Shown here: positions 48,663 through 58,506 of the stretch, piece by piece | Numbering within the stretch: the stretch's first letter is position 1 | How the letters are laid out: the number at the start of each line of letters is the position of its first letter | Source of the DNA: Methanobacteriota archaeon | Lineage (GTDB): Archaea > Thermoplasmatota > E2 > DHVEG-1 | Assembly (NCBI GenBank): GCA_026394495.1 | Contig: JAPKYE010000028.1 | Coordinates: forward strand, 6,691 to 70,690 | Direction: 5' to 3' | Length of the DNA: 64,000 nt | The notes under the pieces: generated by a model | Database searches by the model: none | What the model was told of the DNA's origin: nothing | What the model saw: only the letters and a program-made list of their open reading frames with translations | Made by a program: the position numbers and the translations under genes

Positions 48663-48816
48663 ACTATTCCTCCCTTGGATATGCAGAGGTAACACAACAT
48701 GATGTAAAAAAGGTTTGCGGAGAACCAACACATGGGTTTCCATTGGTAAAAATCAAGTGAAATAATTTATATAATCCTGATACCATGTATCTGAAAAAAC
48801 AGACGGATGTAAGAGT

Positions 48817-49596
48817 ATGGATTGGGGAATGAAAAACAGACTTTCAAAAATCATTAAACCAAAAGATGGACACACCGTCATGCTTGCGGTTGATCATGGA
48901 TATTTCATGGGTCCAACTACAGGTCTTGAAAATCTTGGTGCTATGGTCAATCCGTTGTTGCGATATGCAGATACTTTGATGCTTACTCGAGGGGCGCTTC
49001 GAAATTATATCGCTCCTGAGGTCGACATCCCGATAGTTTTACGGGTTTCTGGTGGAACAAGTATCGTTGGCAAAGAACTTCTCCATGAGGGAACCGTTGT
49101 TTCCATCGAGGATGCAATTCGGTTAAATGCCTCTGGTGTCGCATATTCTATTCTTGTCGGCGCTGAGTTTGAACGAGACACCCTTCTTGGGATGACACAG
49201 TATATCGATGAGGCTGAACGCTATGGAATACCTGTACTTGCGGTAACAGCAGTTGGCAGAGACATGGTAAAAGACGCAAAATACCTAAGTCTAGCCTCGC
49301 GCATGGCAGCTGAGCTTGGTGCAACCATCGTAAAAACCTATTTCTGCCCAGGTTTTGAAAAAGTCGTTGACAGCTGCCCAGTACCGATCGTCATAGCCGG
49401 TGGAAAGAAAACACCAGAAAAAGAGGCACTACAAATGGCATATGACGCAATACAAGCAGGAGCAATCGGCGTAGATATGGGTCGAAATATTTTCCAGAGT
49501 GAAAACCCCGTTGGCATGATGAAAGCGGTGCAGGTAATAGTTCATAAGAAAGCAACAGCCAAGGAAGCGTTTGATATCTTTAACGAAAAGAAATAA
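48817..49596 (+). CDS. DhnA-type class I aldolase (fructose-bisphosphate aldolase / ADH synthase family)
   Basis: DhnA family with Schiff-base Lys region IVKTYF. Confidence 0.7.
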   Translation: MDWGMKNRLSKIIKPKDGHTVMLAVDHGYFMGPTTGLENLGAMVNPLLRYADTLMLTRGALRNYIAPEVDIPIVLRVSGGTSIVGKELLHEGTVVSIEDAIRLNASGVAYSILVGAEFERDTLLGMTQYIDEAERYGIPVLAVTAVGRDMVKDAKYLSLASRMAAELGATIVKTYFCPGFEKVVDSCPVPIVIAGGKKTPEKEALQMAYDAIQAGAIGVDMGRNIFQSENPVGMMKAVQVIVHKKATAKEAFDIFNEKK

Positions 49597-49597
49597 C

Positions 49598-50287
49598 CTA
49601 CGACAAGATATTCTTTGGAGTTGGGCTTTGAAACTTCTTTCGTTCTTTTACATGGGCTCGCAAATCAAACCCAATTTTTAAAACAATCAACAGCAGCAGC
49701 ATAACAAGTTGTTGCCCGCTAAAAAAATATAGCATTCCACCAAAAATAATAGCAATCTGCATAACGATAATCCGTGCATACGGTTGCATCATGGGCATTT
49801 GTGATGTTTTTATCTGTTTGTATTCTTCCGCTCGAATATAATTTGAATAAAACGAGTATCCATGACTAATAAACAGTAGAAGTAACCCAAACCAGATTTG
49901 TTGTAAAAATGGAGTCACCGCAGAAAGGATGTTAAATCCCACCGATGGTAATGATGTTGGTGCAAAAAATGCGAGTATGAATAAGAGATGACCAAACATA
50001 AATCCGCCAAAATGAATACAAAAAAAGGGTACCATGAATATTTTTCCGAAGATTGTTATCACACGTATGAATGGATTTGATTGATGAGTGTGTTGCGGAA
50101 TGGTAACTATAATTTTTAAGATGGAATAAAAACCAATGATTCCACTTTCTGCCCAGTAAAGGAGAAAAATACTTAAAATATTATAACCGATAAAGAGTAC
50201 CCCGAAAATAGGAAAGATATTTGTGAGAATGAGAATCCATGTAGACGAGGAATGCTGAATAGTTCTGCCAAACTCAGCGATATTCAT
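49598..50287 (-). CDS. Hypothetical polytopic membrane protein
   Basis: 6+ predicted TM helices; ORF only. Confidence 0.4.
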   Translation of the reverse strand: MNIAEFGRTIQHSSSTWILILTNIFPIFGVLFIGYNILSIFLLYWAESGIIGFYSILKIIVTIPQHTHQSNPFIRVITIFGKIFMVPFFCIHFGGFMFGHLLFILAFFAPTSLPSVGFNILSAVTPFLQQIWFGLLLLFISHGYSFYSNYIRAEEYKQIKTSQMPMMQPYARIIVMQIAIIFGGMLYFFSGQQLVMLLLLIVLKIGFDLRAHVKERKKFQSPTPKNILS

Positions 50288-50301
50288 TTTTCACACAAAA
50301 A

Positions 50302-50793
50302 CTAAGGTCTTATTGCTGTTTCAATAAACATAGTAATGTTGTTTTCTCCAGTTATAATTTTTCCTTTTTTCATCTGCAAACCAAGAAATACGTCGCTTAC
50401 CTGTACCCCCGTGGGTTCCATCCAGTTTTTCATGATTTCTTTAACATGTTCTTCAGGTTTGCCACTACAGGTGATAAACACAGATGCTTTCTTTCCTTTC
50501 GCATTTTTTACTGAGTTGAAAAATGTTTTAATGAGCGGCGCTGGTTTTCCAGCCCAGATCGGTGAGCCGACAAGAAACATATCATATGGTTGTAAATCAA
50601 CGCAAGTGTTTGTAATCGGAAGTTCTTTTTCTTTCATCCCTGCGGATCCTGCTTTAAAAAACCCTGGTTTTTTTGCTGTTTGAATCTCGATGATATCGAC
50701 ATCAACTTTTTTTTCTTTCATCTTGTTTTCCAAAAGTTGTACAACGTGTCGTGTATTGCCGGTTCTTGAATAATAGATTATCGCGGTTTTCAT
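50302..50793 (-). CDS. Flavodoxin-like protein
   Basis: MKTAIIYYSRTGNTRHV flavodoxin signature. Confidence 0.7.
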   Translation of the reverse strand: MKTAIIYYSRTGNTRHVVQLLENKMKEKKVDVDIIEIQTAKKPGFFKAGSAGMKEKELPITNTCVDLQPYDMFLVGSPIWAGKPAPLIKTFFNSVKNAKGKKASVFITCSGKPEEHVKEIMKNWMEPTGVQVSDVFLGLQMKKGKIITGENNITMFIETAIRP

Positions 50794-50829
50794 ATTACGT
50801 TTCTCTCCTTGTTTTAAAGGATTAACTCA

Positions 50830-51309
50830 TCATGTAGATGAAATCGCAATGTCCTGTGTTTTCTGAACGTCAAGCTTCAGCTGTATGTCAAGATGTGCAT
50901 GGACCATCCAACGTACCGGGCCTTGCCCCCCAGTTAACGCCATTTGACCAAGAAACGATCCAACAGCTCCCAATTTCGCCTGAAGCAACTGCTGCAATTG
51001 TTGACTGGATGAATGCATCTGAAGGATATCTGATTGTATCTTGATTTCAAACGGATACATTTCACTGAGATAATCGTTTTCTCCGTCAAGAGGAACAGTA
51101 AAATCGTAGACGACGACATCCTGGGTTTGTACATGTCCATGTGAGTCCCGATGGGTTGTTCTCACCTTTCCAAGTAACGCAACAGTGAGTTTTCGTGCAT
51201 GAGCCGGTTTTCGTAGGTTCAGGCCCACAGATCCTTTGATGACGTCCCCTGGTTTGTATTGATGTTTATCAAGCGTCACAATTATTTTATCAGGCCCAAA
51301 TAAACCCAT
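50830..51309 (-). CDS. SpoOM-like (arrestin-fold) family protein
   Basis: MGLFGPDKIIVTLDKHQYKPGDVIKGSV resembles the Spo0M N-terminus. Confidence 0.45.
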   Translation of the reverse strand: MGLFGPDKIIVTLDKHQYKPGDVIKGSVGLNLRKPAHARKLTVALLGKVRTTHRDSHGHVQTQDVVVYDFTVPLDGENDYLSEMYPFEIKIQSDILQMHSSSQQLQQLLQAKLGAVGSFLGQMALTGGQGPVRWMVHAHLDIQLKLDVQKTQDIAISST

Positions 51310-51423
51310 ATTCTCTCCTCATCACCTTTTTTTGATCTAAGGACATAATGTATAATTGGTCATAAATCTTTTTGCGATAAAATCTATTAAATATCCAGTC
51401 CATACCGTGCCCCGGGGTTCAAG

Positions 51424-52458
51424 ATGAAAACAATGAATGTTGCCATGTACTACAACAACAACGATGTAAAAATCGAAAAAATGCAGATTCCAACCATCAG
51501 CGAAAACGAACTCTTAGTAAAGGTCCAAGCAAGTGGGATATGCGGCAGCGACGTCATGGAATGGTACCGTATCAAAAAAGCACCCCTAGTCCTAGGCCAT
51601 GAGATCGCAGGAGATATCGTCGAAGTCGGGAAAAATGTGAAAAAATACAAAGTCGGTGATCGCGTATTTGTATCTCATCATGTCCCCTGCAACACCTGTC
51701 GGTTCTGTCTTAACAATCAACATACCCTCTGCCATACACTTCATTCAACGAATTTTTATCCTGGCGGATTTGCTGAATATTTAAAAGTTCCCGAGATCAA
51801 CGTGGATCGTGGCACGTTTCTTCTTCCCAAAGAGATGTCATATGATGAAGGAGTGTTTATCGAACCATTAGCATGTGTCGTACGTGGACTTAGGACCGCG
51901 GAGATGAAAGCAGGACAAAGCATCCTTATCATCGGCAGCGGCATCTCTGGGTTACTAAATATAAAACTTGCTCATGCATGGCATGCAAACCGCATTATTG
52001 CAACAGATGTCAGCGATTATCGACTTCAGATGGCAAAAAAACTTGGTGCTGATGGTGTTCTTCAGGCAAAAGATGCAAATGTTGAAAACATAAAAAAGAG
52101 TAACGATGGAAAACTCGCGGATATTGTCGTCCTCTGTACAGGAGCATCATCTGCTGTGAAACAAGCACTGCAACTCGTAGATGCTGGAGGCACTATATTG
52201 TTTTTCGCGCCGACAGAACCCGGTGTGGATATTCCTTTTCCGTTGTTTGATTTATGGAATAAAGGTGTTATGATGGTTTCAACCTACGCAGGAAGCCCAA
52301 AAGATATCGTGATGGCTATCGATCTGATCTCCTCAAAAAAGGTATTGGTTACCGATATGATCACCCATAAACTTCCGTTGTCAAAGGCCGCAGAAGGATT
52401 CAAACTTGTTGCACATGCACAAGATTCAATGAAAGTCATTCTTGAGCCACATAAATAA
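51424..52458 (+). CDS. Zinc-dependent medium-chain alcohol dehydrogenase (threonine/sorbitol dehydrogenase-like)
   Basis: GICGSDVMEW…GHEIAGDIVEVG catalytic zinc motif; Rossmann GSGISG. Confidence 0.8.
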   Translation: MKTMNVAMYYNNNDVKIEKMQIPTISENELLVKVQASGICGSDVMEWYRIKKAPLVLGHEIAGDIVEVGKNVKKYKVGDRVFVSHHVPCNTCRFCLNNQHTLCHTLHSTNFYPGGFAEYLKVPEINVDRGTFLLPKEMSYDEGVFIEPLACVVRGLRTAEMKAGQSILIIGSGISGLLNIKLAHAWHANRIIATDVSDYRLQMAKKLGADGVLQAKDANVENIKKSNDGKLADIVVLCTGASSAVKQALQLVDAGGTILFFAPTEPGVDIPFPLFDLWNKGVMMVSTYAGSPKDIVMAIDLISSKKVLVTDMITHKLPLSKAAEGFKLVAHAQDSMKVILEPHK

Positions 52459-52509
52459 ACAAAAGTAACGCTCAAAAGTTTATAAGAAATCACGTCATTC
52501 AGTTTAGCG

Positions 52510-53382
52510 ATGAGAAAAATAAAAGCCATCTGGGAGCTCATGCGACTTGAACACGGTATTATGCTTGCGCTCGCAATCCTCGTTGGTGCCCTTATCGCTC
52601 AAAGGACTCTTCCCACACTTGATAAGTTCATTTTCACGTTTTTCACTGCGTTGTTTCTTGAAGCAAGTACCTTTGCTCTTAATGATTACTATGATGTCGA
52701 GATTGACAAAAAAAACAACCGAACCGATCGACCTTTGGTCCGTGGAGATCTTTTACCAAAAACCGCGCTGTATATCTTTTTTATCTGTTTTCCTCTTGGT
52801 ATCCTTTGTTCGTATTTTGTGAATATCCCTTGTTTTGTTATTGCATTGATCACCGCGATATTCGCCATTATTTATGATATGATACTAAAAAAAATAAAGC
52901 TGCTGGGGAATTTTTTCATCGCATACATTATGGCGATCCCGTTTGTGTTCGGTGCAGCAGCTGTGATGAACAATAGCCTTGCGTTTCCCCCAGCGATATG
53001 GATCATTGCATTGATCGCGTTTCTCGCTGGTGCAGGTCGAGAAATCATGAAGGATGTGATGGATTTCAAAGGAGACAGCGAACGTGGCGTGAAATCATTT
53101 CCCAGGTATATCGGTATTCGAAAATCCAATATTGTTTCCGCATTGTTTTATTTTTTTGCTGTTGTTCTTAGTTTTATTCCTTTTCTCTTTTTTGGATATG
53201 GATTGTATTATCAAAACTATTATTATCTTTTCATCATCATACTAACTGATGTGATGTTTCTTTGGACGATACTTGCACTACTAAAAACAAAGGAAATTAA
53301 CATGAAGTTTCATCGAAGATTCACCTTGGTTGCCATCTTTATTGGTCTCCTTGGGTTTTTAATCCCTGTTTTTATTTGGTGA
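52510..53382 (+). CDS. UbiA-family prenyltransferase (DGGGP synthase-like) paralog 2
   Basis: NDYYDVEIDKKNNRTDRPL Asp-rich motif; multi-TM. Confidence 0.7.
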   Translation: MRKIKAIWELMRLEHGIMLALAILVGALIAQRTLPTLDKFIFTFFTALFLEASTFALNDYYDVEIDKKNNRTDRPLVRGDLLPKTALYIFFICFPLGILCSYFVNIPCFVIALITAIFAIIYDMILKKIKLLGNFFIAYIMAIPFVFGAAAVMNNSLAFPPAIWIIALIAFLAGAGREIMKDVMDFKGDSERGVKSFPRYIGIRKSNIVSALFYFFAVVLSFIPFLFFGYGLYYQNYYYLFIIILTDVMFLWTILALLKTKEINMKFHRRFTLVAIFIGLLGFLIPVFIW

Positions 53383-53386
53383 AATA

Positions 53387-54061
53387 ATGATTCAAAACGA
53401 TCTTCTTGGTCTTATTCTTGTGTATGGATATGTCGCGGTTCTCCTGTTTTTTACAGAAAAGATTGTGGCAAAGAAATACCCGCTCATAAGTCGTAAAATT
53501 CTTCACATCCTTGTTGGAAATATTGCGTTTTTCTTACCTGTGTTTCAGACGCGGGAGATCATGGCGTTTGCCGCCGCAGGACCATTTATCATATTTACAT
53601 TTCTTATGAGCCCATATTCACCGATTAAATCAATGCGAGGAAAAACCTCAGAGGCAGGACATGGATTTGGACTTGTCTATTATGCTATTGCATGGACGGT
53701 TCTAGCGTATTTCTTCTTTGATAACAAGGAAATCATTGCGATCGGGATTCTGGCGATGTCATATGGTGACGGGTTTGCATCATTAATAGGTATAAGGTAC
53801 GGGAAAAGGAAATACAAGGTGTTTGGCGATCAGAAAAGCTATGTAGGTTCTCTTGCGATGGCATTGTTTACGTTTGGTACGATAATTATCGCTTTGTTGT
53901 TTTATCGGATATCTTTTTCACAAACATTGGTTTTGTACATCGTCGGTATCGCTATCGTTTCTGCGATTGTCGAAGGTGTGACGCCGAAAGGATTAGATAA
54001 TCTGTCTGTTCCGTTTGTCACCGCGTTGTTGTATGGGTTGATGCAGGGTGTTGTACTGTGA
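53387..54061 (+). CDS. CTP-dependent CdsA/CarS/dolichol-kinase family membrane protein
   Basis: C-terminal YGDGFASLIGIRYGKRKY motif of the CTP-transferase 1 family; immediately downstream of UbiA. Confidence 0.55.
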   Translation: MIQNDLLGLILVYGYVAVLLFFTEKIVAKKYPLISRKILHILVGNIAFFLPVFQTREIMAFAAAGPFIIFTFLMSPYSPIKSMRGKTSEAGHGFGLVYYAIAWTVLAYFFFDNKEIIAIGILAMSYGDGFASLIGIRYGKRKYKVFGDQKSYVGSLAMALFTFGTIIIALLFYRISFSQTLVLYIVGIAIVSAIVEGVTPKGLDNLSVPFVTALLYGLMQGVVL

Positions 54062-54654
54062 AAAAAAAGATGCAGTTGATTATCGTTGATGGTCTTGACG
54101 GCGTCGGAAAAGATACACACGCGCAGCTGATAAAAAAAAGATATGAAGCAAAAGGATTACGAGTCATGGTCCGGTCGCATCCAGAATCCGATAATTTTTT
54201 TGGGAGAACCTCAAAAAAAGCATTGCTTGGGTCAGGAAAAATTAATCAATTGAAGGCATCGCTGTTTTATGCTTTGGATGTACTTCATTCACTGAAACAG
54301 TTTTATCACCGAAACAAAGAATATGATGTTCTAATATTGGTTCGGTATTTGATGGGGACTGCGTATCTGCCGTCGTCACTTGCAAAAATTGGGTACATGT
54401 TTTTTATGAAGTTTGTGCCAACATCAGACTATATGTTTTTCCTTGATGCATCACCTGATGATTTGGTCGCACGGGTGAGAACACGGTCTGAGACTGAGAT
54501 GTTTGAGACGCTAGATGAGTTTGTAAAAGTTCGGAAAAAGGCGTTGATGCTTGCAGCGCATGGTTGGTATATTATCGATACCTCCGGCTCTGTCGAAAAA
54601 ACCTTTGCATCAATTGAACCGGTATTGAGTCAGTTAGACGTACATACTGGTTAG
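54058..54654 (+). CDS. tmk: Thymidylate kinase-family P-loop kinase
   Basis: IVDGLDGVGKDT P-loop, VRYLMGTAY (DRY-like), LID region; 4-nt overlap with the upstream gene. Confidence 0.55.
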   Translation: MKKKMQLIIVDGLDGVGKDTHAQLIKKRYEAKGLRVMVRSHPESDNFFGRTSKKALLGSGKINQLKASLFYALDVLHSLKQFYHRNKEYDVLILVRYLMGTAYLPSSLAKIGYMFFMKFVPTSDYMFFLDASPDDLVARVRTRSETEMFETLDEFVKVRKKALMLAAHGWYIIDTSGSVEKTFASIEPVLSQLDVHTG

Positions 54655-54762
54655 TTAAAATATGAAATGTGTTGGAACTCTCGAAAATAAAAATAGATGA
54701 TAACTGATGAATTCGATATTGAACTATCTTACTGATGTTTGATCGTAGTAAGTATTAATTCT

Positions 54763-55158
54763 TTAATTCCACACCATTACAGCCCAAGCTATACCATGTA
54801 TTTGTCCCAATCTGCAAATACCAACGAATAATTCAATAGTTACTTTACTGAAATTTGATTGACTGAATGGAATACGTTGTGGTGACACTGGGGGACGGCC
54901 CACCCATTCTAAATCAATTCCAGATATTGAAATATCTTTTTCGTTGCAAGTTACAAGTAACAATAACGAAGAGGGAGGGAATTCTCTGTTGACTGAAGTA
55001 TATCTTCCTCGAATAAATATGAGTCCGGAATACCAAGTATTCGTACTTTCGTTTTCTTCTATTTTTGTAATATTTGATGCGGTTGTGGTTACAGATAGCA
55101 TTATTGGTAATAACAATATTGAACTAACTAAGAAAGCCCCGAATATGGTTTTTTTCAT
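54763..55158 (-). CDS. Small secreted hypothetical protein (signal peptide MKKTIFGAFLVSSILLLP)
   Basis: ORF in an AT-rich region; signal peptide shared with neighbouring small ORFs. Confidence 0.3.
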   Translation of the reverse strand: MKKTIFGAFLVSSILLLPIMLSVTTTASNITKIEENESTNTWYSGLIFIRGRYTSVNREFPPSSLLLLVTCNEKDISISGIDLEWVGRPPVSPQRIPFSQSNFSKVTIELFVGICRLGQIHGIAWAVMVWN

Positions 55159-55162
55159 TTTT

Positions 55163-55396
55163 TTACCCCCTAAACTCGATATCCATCCAATGCCAATCAA
55201 TTATGAAATTTATTAGTGAAATTATATTTTTAATTAGCCGAATGATATTTTGAATAATATGGGTACTTTGTATGTTTGTTGGTTGTTGCAGTTTATTTGT
55301 TTCTACAATGGTATTGAACCGCATTGCAGATATTGATGGTGCTAGTATCAGCAATAAACAAGCTACGAAGACCCCAAATATGTTGTTAATTTTCAT
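55163..55396 (-). CDS. Small secreted hypothetical protein (MKINNIFGVFVACLLLILAPSISA…)
   Basis: Internal Met of a longer table ORF; signal peptide; upstream part overlaps the plus-strand gene. Confidence 0.3.
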   Translation of the reverse strand: MKINNIFGVFVACLLLILAPSISAMRFNTIVETNKLQQPTNIQSTHIIQNIIRLIKNIISLINFIIDWHWMDIEFRG

Positions 55397-55490
55397 TTTC
55401 TTACTCCTTTTATCCATTAACAAATAATGAAACAAAAAGTTATATAAATACTTAATGTGATTATAATCACAAAATAATCTGGTGTTTGTG

Positions 55491-56144
55491 ATGGTGACAA
55501 TTAGCCATATCGTCCAAAAATTGATTAACGACCGAATTTTCATCCAGGAAGCGATGGATAAAAAAATAGTATCGTATGGTTCGTTGGCAGCACAATTAAA
55601 ACCTGAAGTTGAAAAAGAGTTAGGAAAAGAAGCAAAACAACATGCAATCGTCATGGCACTACGAAGATATGCAGAGACATTAAATGAAAAACACAAAAAT
55701 ATAAAGTTCGACTATTCCTCAGAGATAATCTTAAAAACAGAAATATGCGACATCTCAGTGCTACGTTCACCAACGCTATTAACCAAACTAAAAAAATTAT
55801 ATGATATCGTGAATTTTGAAAAAGGAGATATCCTGAATATCATTCATGGACGATTTGAAGCAAGTATTGTAACCAACGAACGATACCGAGAAAAATTTGA
55901 AAATTTTCTCAAAGGAGAAAAAATTTTGAATATCGAAAAAGATCTTGTATCTCTGACACTTACTTTTTCTAAAGATTTTTTTTATACACCAGGAATCATC
56001 TTCAATGTCGTACGAAATATGGCATGGGAAAACATAAACATATTTGAGATCGTTTCAACCAACACAGAATTGACCATCATACTTCGAAAAAAGGATGCAA
56101 TGAGGGCATACGAGTCATTGGATAAATTAGTTCGAAACAAATAA
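55491..56144 (+). CDS. Hypothetical cytoplasmic protein, possible ACT-like regulatory domain protein
   Basis: ORF with ATG at 55491; weak resemblance to archaeal ACT-domain regulators. Confidence 0.35.
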   Translation: MVTISHIVQKLINDRIFIQEAMDKKIVSYGSLAAQLKPEVEKELGKEAKQHAIVMALRRYAETLNEKHKNIKFDYSSEIILKTEICDISVLRSPTLLTKLKKLYDIVNFEKGDILNIIHGRFEASIVTNERYREKFENFLKGEKILNIEKDLVSLTLTFSKDFFYTPGIIFNVVRNMAWENINIFEIVSTNTELTIILRKKDAMRAYESLDKLVRNK

Positions 56145-56172
56145 TGCACAGATAACCCGTAACATCAAAAAA

Positions 56173-56586
56173 TTATGATTGTAAGAGATATTTTTGAACG
56201 ATTTCTTTAAAATGTGGGACAGTGTTGTAGGTATGGATGTCTTTGGGCTTAATCCATTGATATTCAGTGTGTTCCCAATCAATTTTGATGTTTGTTTTTG
56301 GTTTGACTTTAAAGAGAAAAGGATGGATGATCCACTCATAGGTTGTTCCTTCATGGATATCTTTAATTGATTCTGGCTGTCCTTGTTTTATAAAAATGAT
56401 TTGTGTTTGGTTCAGCCCGGTTTCTTCTTGGATTTCTTTAAGTGCGGTCTCGTAGGGTTTTTCGTATTCTTCGATGTATCCTGCGACGCCGCCCCAGAGC
56501 CCTTTGTAGGTGTTTACTTTTTGGCTTCGTTTGAGGATGAGGAGTTTGTCGTTTTGTAAAAGAAGGCAGGTAACGACCTGTGGCAT
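56173..56586 (-). CDS. NUDIX hydrolase
   Basis: Nudix box GGVAGYIEEYEKPYETALKEIQEETGL. Confidence 0.85.
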   Translation of the reverse strand: MPQVVTCLLLQNDKLLILKRSQKVNTYKGLWGGVAGYIEEYEKPYETALKEIQEETGLNQTQIIFIKQGQPESIKDIHEGTTYEWIIHPFLFKVKPKTNIKIDWEHTEYQWIKPKDIHTYNTVPHFKEIVQKYLLQS

Positions 56587-56589
56587 ATC

Positions 56590-57426
56590 TTAAAACCTTT
56601 TACTAATATAATCGACAACTGAAGTAAATATTGCCTGTCCGTCGCCTTCAGATGGCGATAAACCAGTTTGTGTCCAGTCCGGATGCTGATAGCGGTAAAA
56701 AGATCGTTCCGGGTGAGGCATCATGCCAAAGACGTTTCCGATATGGTTACAGATGCCTGCGATGTTAGACATTGATCCATTGGGATTCCATGGGTATCCT
56801 GCGTAATTACCATCAGGGTCAACGTAACGGAAGACGATCTGGTCGTTGTTTTCTAGTTTTTTAAGGTATTCGTTTTGTTTTTCCAAAGGAAACATGAGTT
56901 TTCCTTCTGCATGTGCGCTGGGGATGAGACGAATTTCATTTTTTTTGAGGTTTTTTGTAAAGACGCATTTTCCTTTGTTTTCATGTTTTAAAAGAGTTGG
57001 TCTGCATTCGTATCTGTTGGAGTCGTTGATGTTCAAACAGGCATCTGGGATTGGGCTTATGATTGTATCAATTCCCGGCAGAAGTCCTAGTTCCGTGAGA
57101 ACCTGAAAACCGTTACAGATTCCAAGAACCGGGTATTCTTGCTCGACAAAGTTCTTTAATGGTGTTTGAAGCTTGCTTTTGATTCGTGCAGCAAAGATTG
57201 CCCCTGCGCGTATGTAGTCTCCTGCTGAGAAACCACCTGGGACCATGAGGCATTGATATTGGGAAAGATCTCGTATTTCGTTTTTGTCGCAGTCGATATG
57301 TAAAAGTTGTTTCAGATGGACAAACTCAGGGTTTGCTCCAAGTCGTTTGAATGCATCGTATGATTCCTGTTCGCAGTTGGTTCCTTCTATACGAAGGATT
57401 GCGACGTTGATATCTTTTGTTTTCAT
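56590..57426 (-). CDS. purQ: Phosphoribosylformylglycinamidine synthase subunit PurQ (glutaminase)
   Basis: Class I GATase with GICNGFQVL catalytic Cys. Confidence 0.85.
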   Translation of the reverse strand: MKTKDINVAILRIEGTNCEQESYDAFKRLGANPEFVHLKQLLHIDCDKNEIRDLSQYQCLMVPGGFSAGDYIRAGAIFAARIKSKLQTPLKNFVEQEYPVLGICNGFQVLTELGLLPGIDTIISPIPDACLNINDSNRYECRPTLLKHENKGKCVFTKNLKKNEIRLIPSAHAEGKLMFPLEKQNEYLKKLENNDQIVFRYVDPDGNYAGYPWNPNGSMSNIAGICNHIGNVFGMMPHPERSFYRYQHPDWTQTGLSPSEGDGQAIFTSVVDYISKRF

Positions 57427-57531
57427 TGTTTTTCACCCTGTACAACTGAGGGGTTAATGTATCGCTAGTATTTCTTTTTTTATGACTTAAAAAATAGTCT
57501 GGATCAGAAAATCATTAGGGTCTTATGTAAA

Positions 57532-58023
57532 TTAATTATAATACAGTACTCCTGTGAGGAAAATACCTAATAATAAGTAAAAGAGAATATAGATGACTTC
57601 TCCGGGGAACCATTGTTCTTCGGTCAAATATTGAAAAAATAATTTAATTAAAACACCAGGATGCCAATATTCACTTTGAAAAAAACCATATAAGATTTTT
57701 AAAAAAATGACGGGATAGAAACAAAGGAACCATTGCTCACTTTTAACAAGATCTGCGTTCACATTAATAAAAGCTCCAATAAGAAGTGCTGCCGTCTGGA
57801 TTAACGGATATAGATTATGATCTTTGAGATATTCATACATTTTTATAAAGAAATACCCTGGAAACCAGGCATCTAGCGTATTTTCATTTAATTTTTCCTT
57901 AATATTTTGGATTTTTAGTTGGATAGATTGTTTTATGGTTTGAGCACTAATAACAGAAGTAAACGACATAAGTATGACAATAATGACTGCTCCGATGCTT
58001 CCAATGAAGATTTTCTTTTTCAT
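57532..58023 (-). CDS. Small membrane protein with signal peptide and three W-x-P-G-hydrophobic repeats
   Basis: MKKKIFIGSIGAVIIVILMSF; repeats DAWFPGYFFI / EYWHPGVLIKLFF / EQWFPGEVIYILF. Confidence 0.4.
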   Translation of the reverse strand: MKKKIFIGSIGAVIIVILMSFTSVISAQTIKQSIQLKIQNIKEKLNENTLDAWFPGYFFIKMYEYLKDHNLYPLIQTAALLIGAFINVNADLVKSEQWFLCFYPVIFLKILYGFFQSEYWHPGVLIKLFFQYLTEEQWFPGEVIYILFYLLLGIFLTGVLYYN

Positions 58024-58074
58024 TTTTCTCCCCACCCGTATTTAATATTCCATACCCTGGTATTTTTATTAATT

Positions 58075-58335
58075 TTAAGGTGGGGTGTGATGGTTAATTC
58101 CCCACCATACGATAAAATACAAGAAAATACTAAAAAGTAACGCCAGTCCAGCCCCAGGATACCACATATTTTGACTTAATACTTCTTTCCAATACATATT
58201 TTTCATTGTAACAATTTTTGATTTTGCAATTTTATTGATAGACGTTGACTGAGCGCAAACACATAACGACATTGACGCTAACACTAGTAAAAACACTGCC
58301 CCAACACTTCCACCCATGCTCAAACTTCGTTTCAT
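58075..58335 (-). CDS. Small membrane protein, paralog of 57532..58023 (signal peptide + one W-Y-P-G unit)
   Basis: MKRSLSMGGSVGAVFLLVLASMSL…NMWYPGAGLALLFSIF. Confidence 0.4.
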   Translation of the reverse strand: MKRSLSMGGSVGAVFLLVLASMSLCVCAQSTSINKIAKSKIVTMKNMYWKEVLSQNMWYPGAGLALLFSIFLYFIVWWGINHHTPP

Positions 58336-58506
58336 TTTTTTAAACTCATATTATCCATGTTTGTTCTTTTATTTAAGGCTTTTCTCCCTATTTTTAATAT
58401 TTGGAGGGTGCCTTTTTTGTCAAAATTCCGCGTAAAATTTATATACTTCTTAATTACATATAACTACAGATAGTTATTAGTAATTATAGGTAATGAGGTA
58501 AATAAT

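Noticed and set aside
48106-48702. 198-aa plus-strand ORF antisense to pepD
   Set aside because: Ser/Pro/Phe-rich, no domain features; inside the conserved M20 peptidase gene.
55163-55696. Full-length 177-aa minus-strand table ORF
   Set aside because: Its 5' part overlaps the plus-strand gene 55491-56144 and is Cys/Phe-rich junk. Only the signal-peptide-containing 3' part (55163-55396) is retained, and at low confidence.
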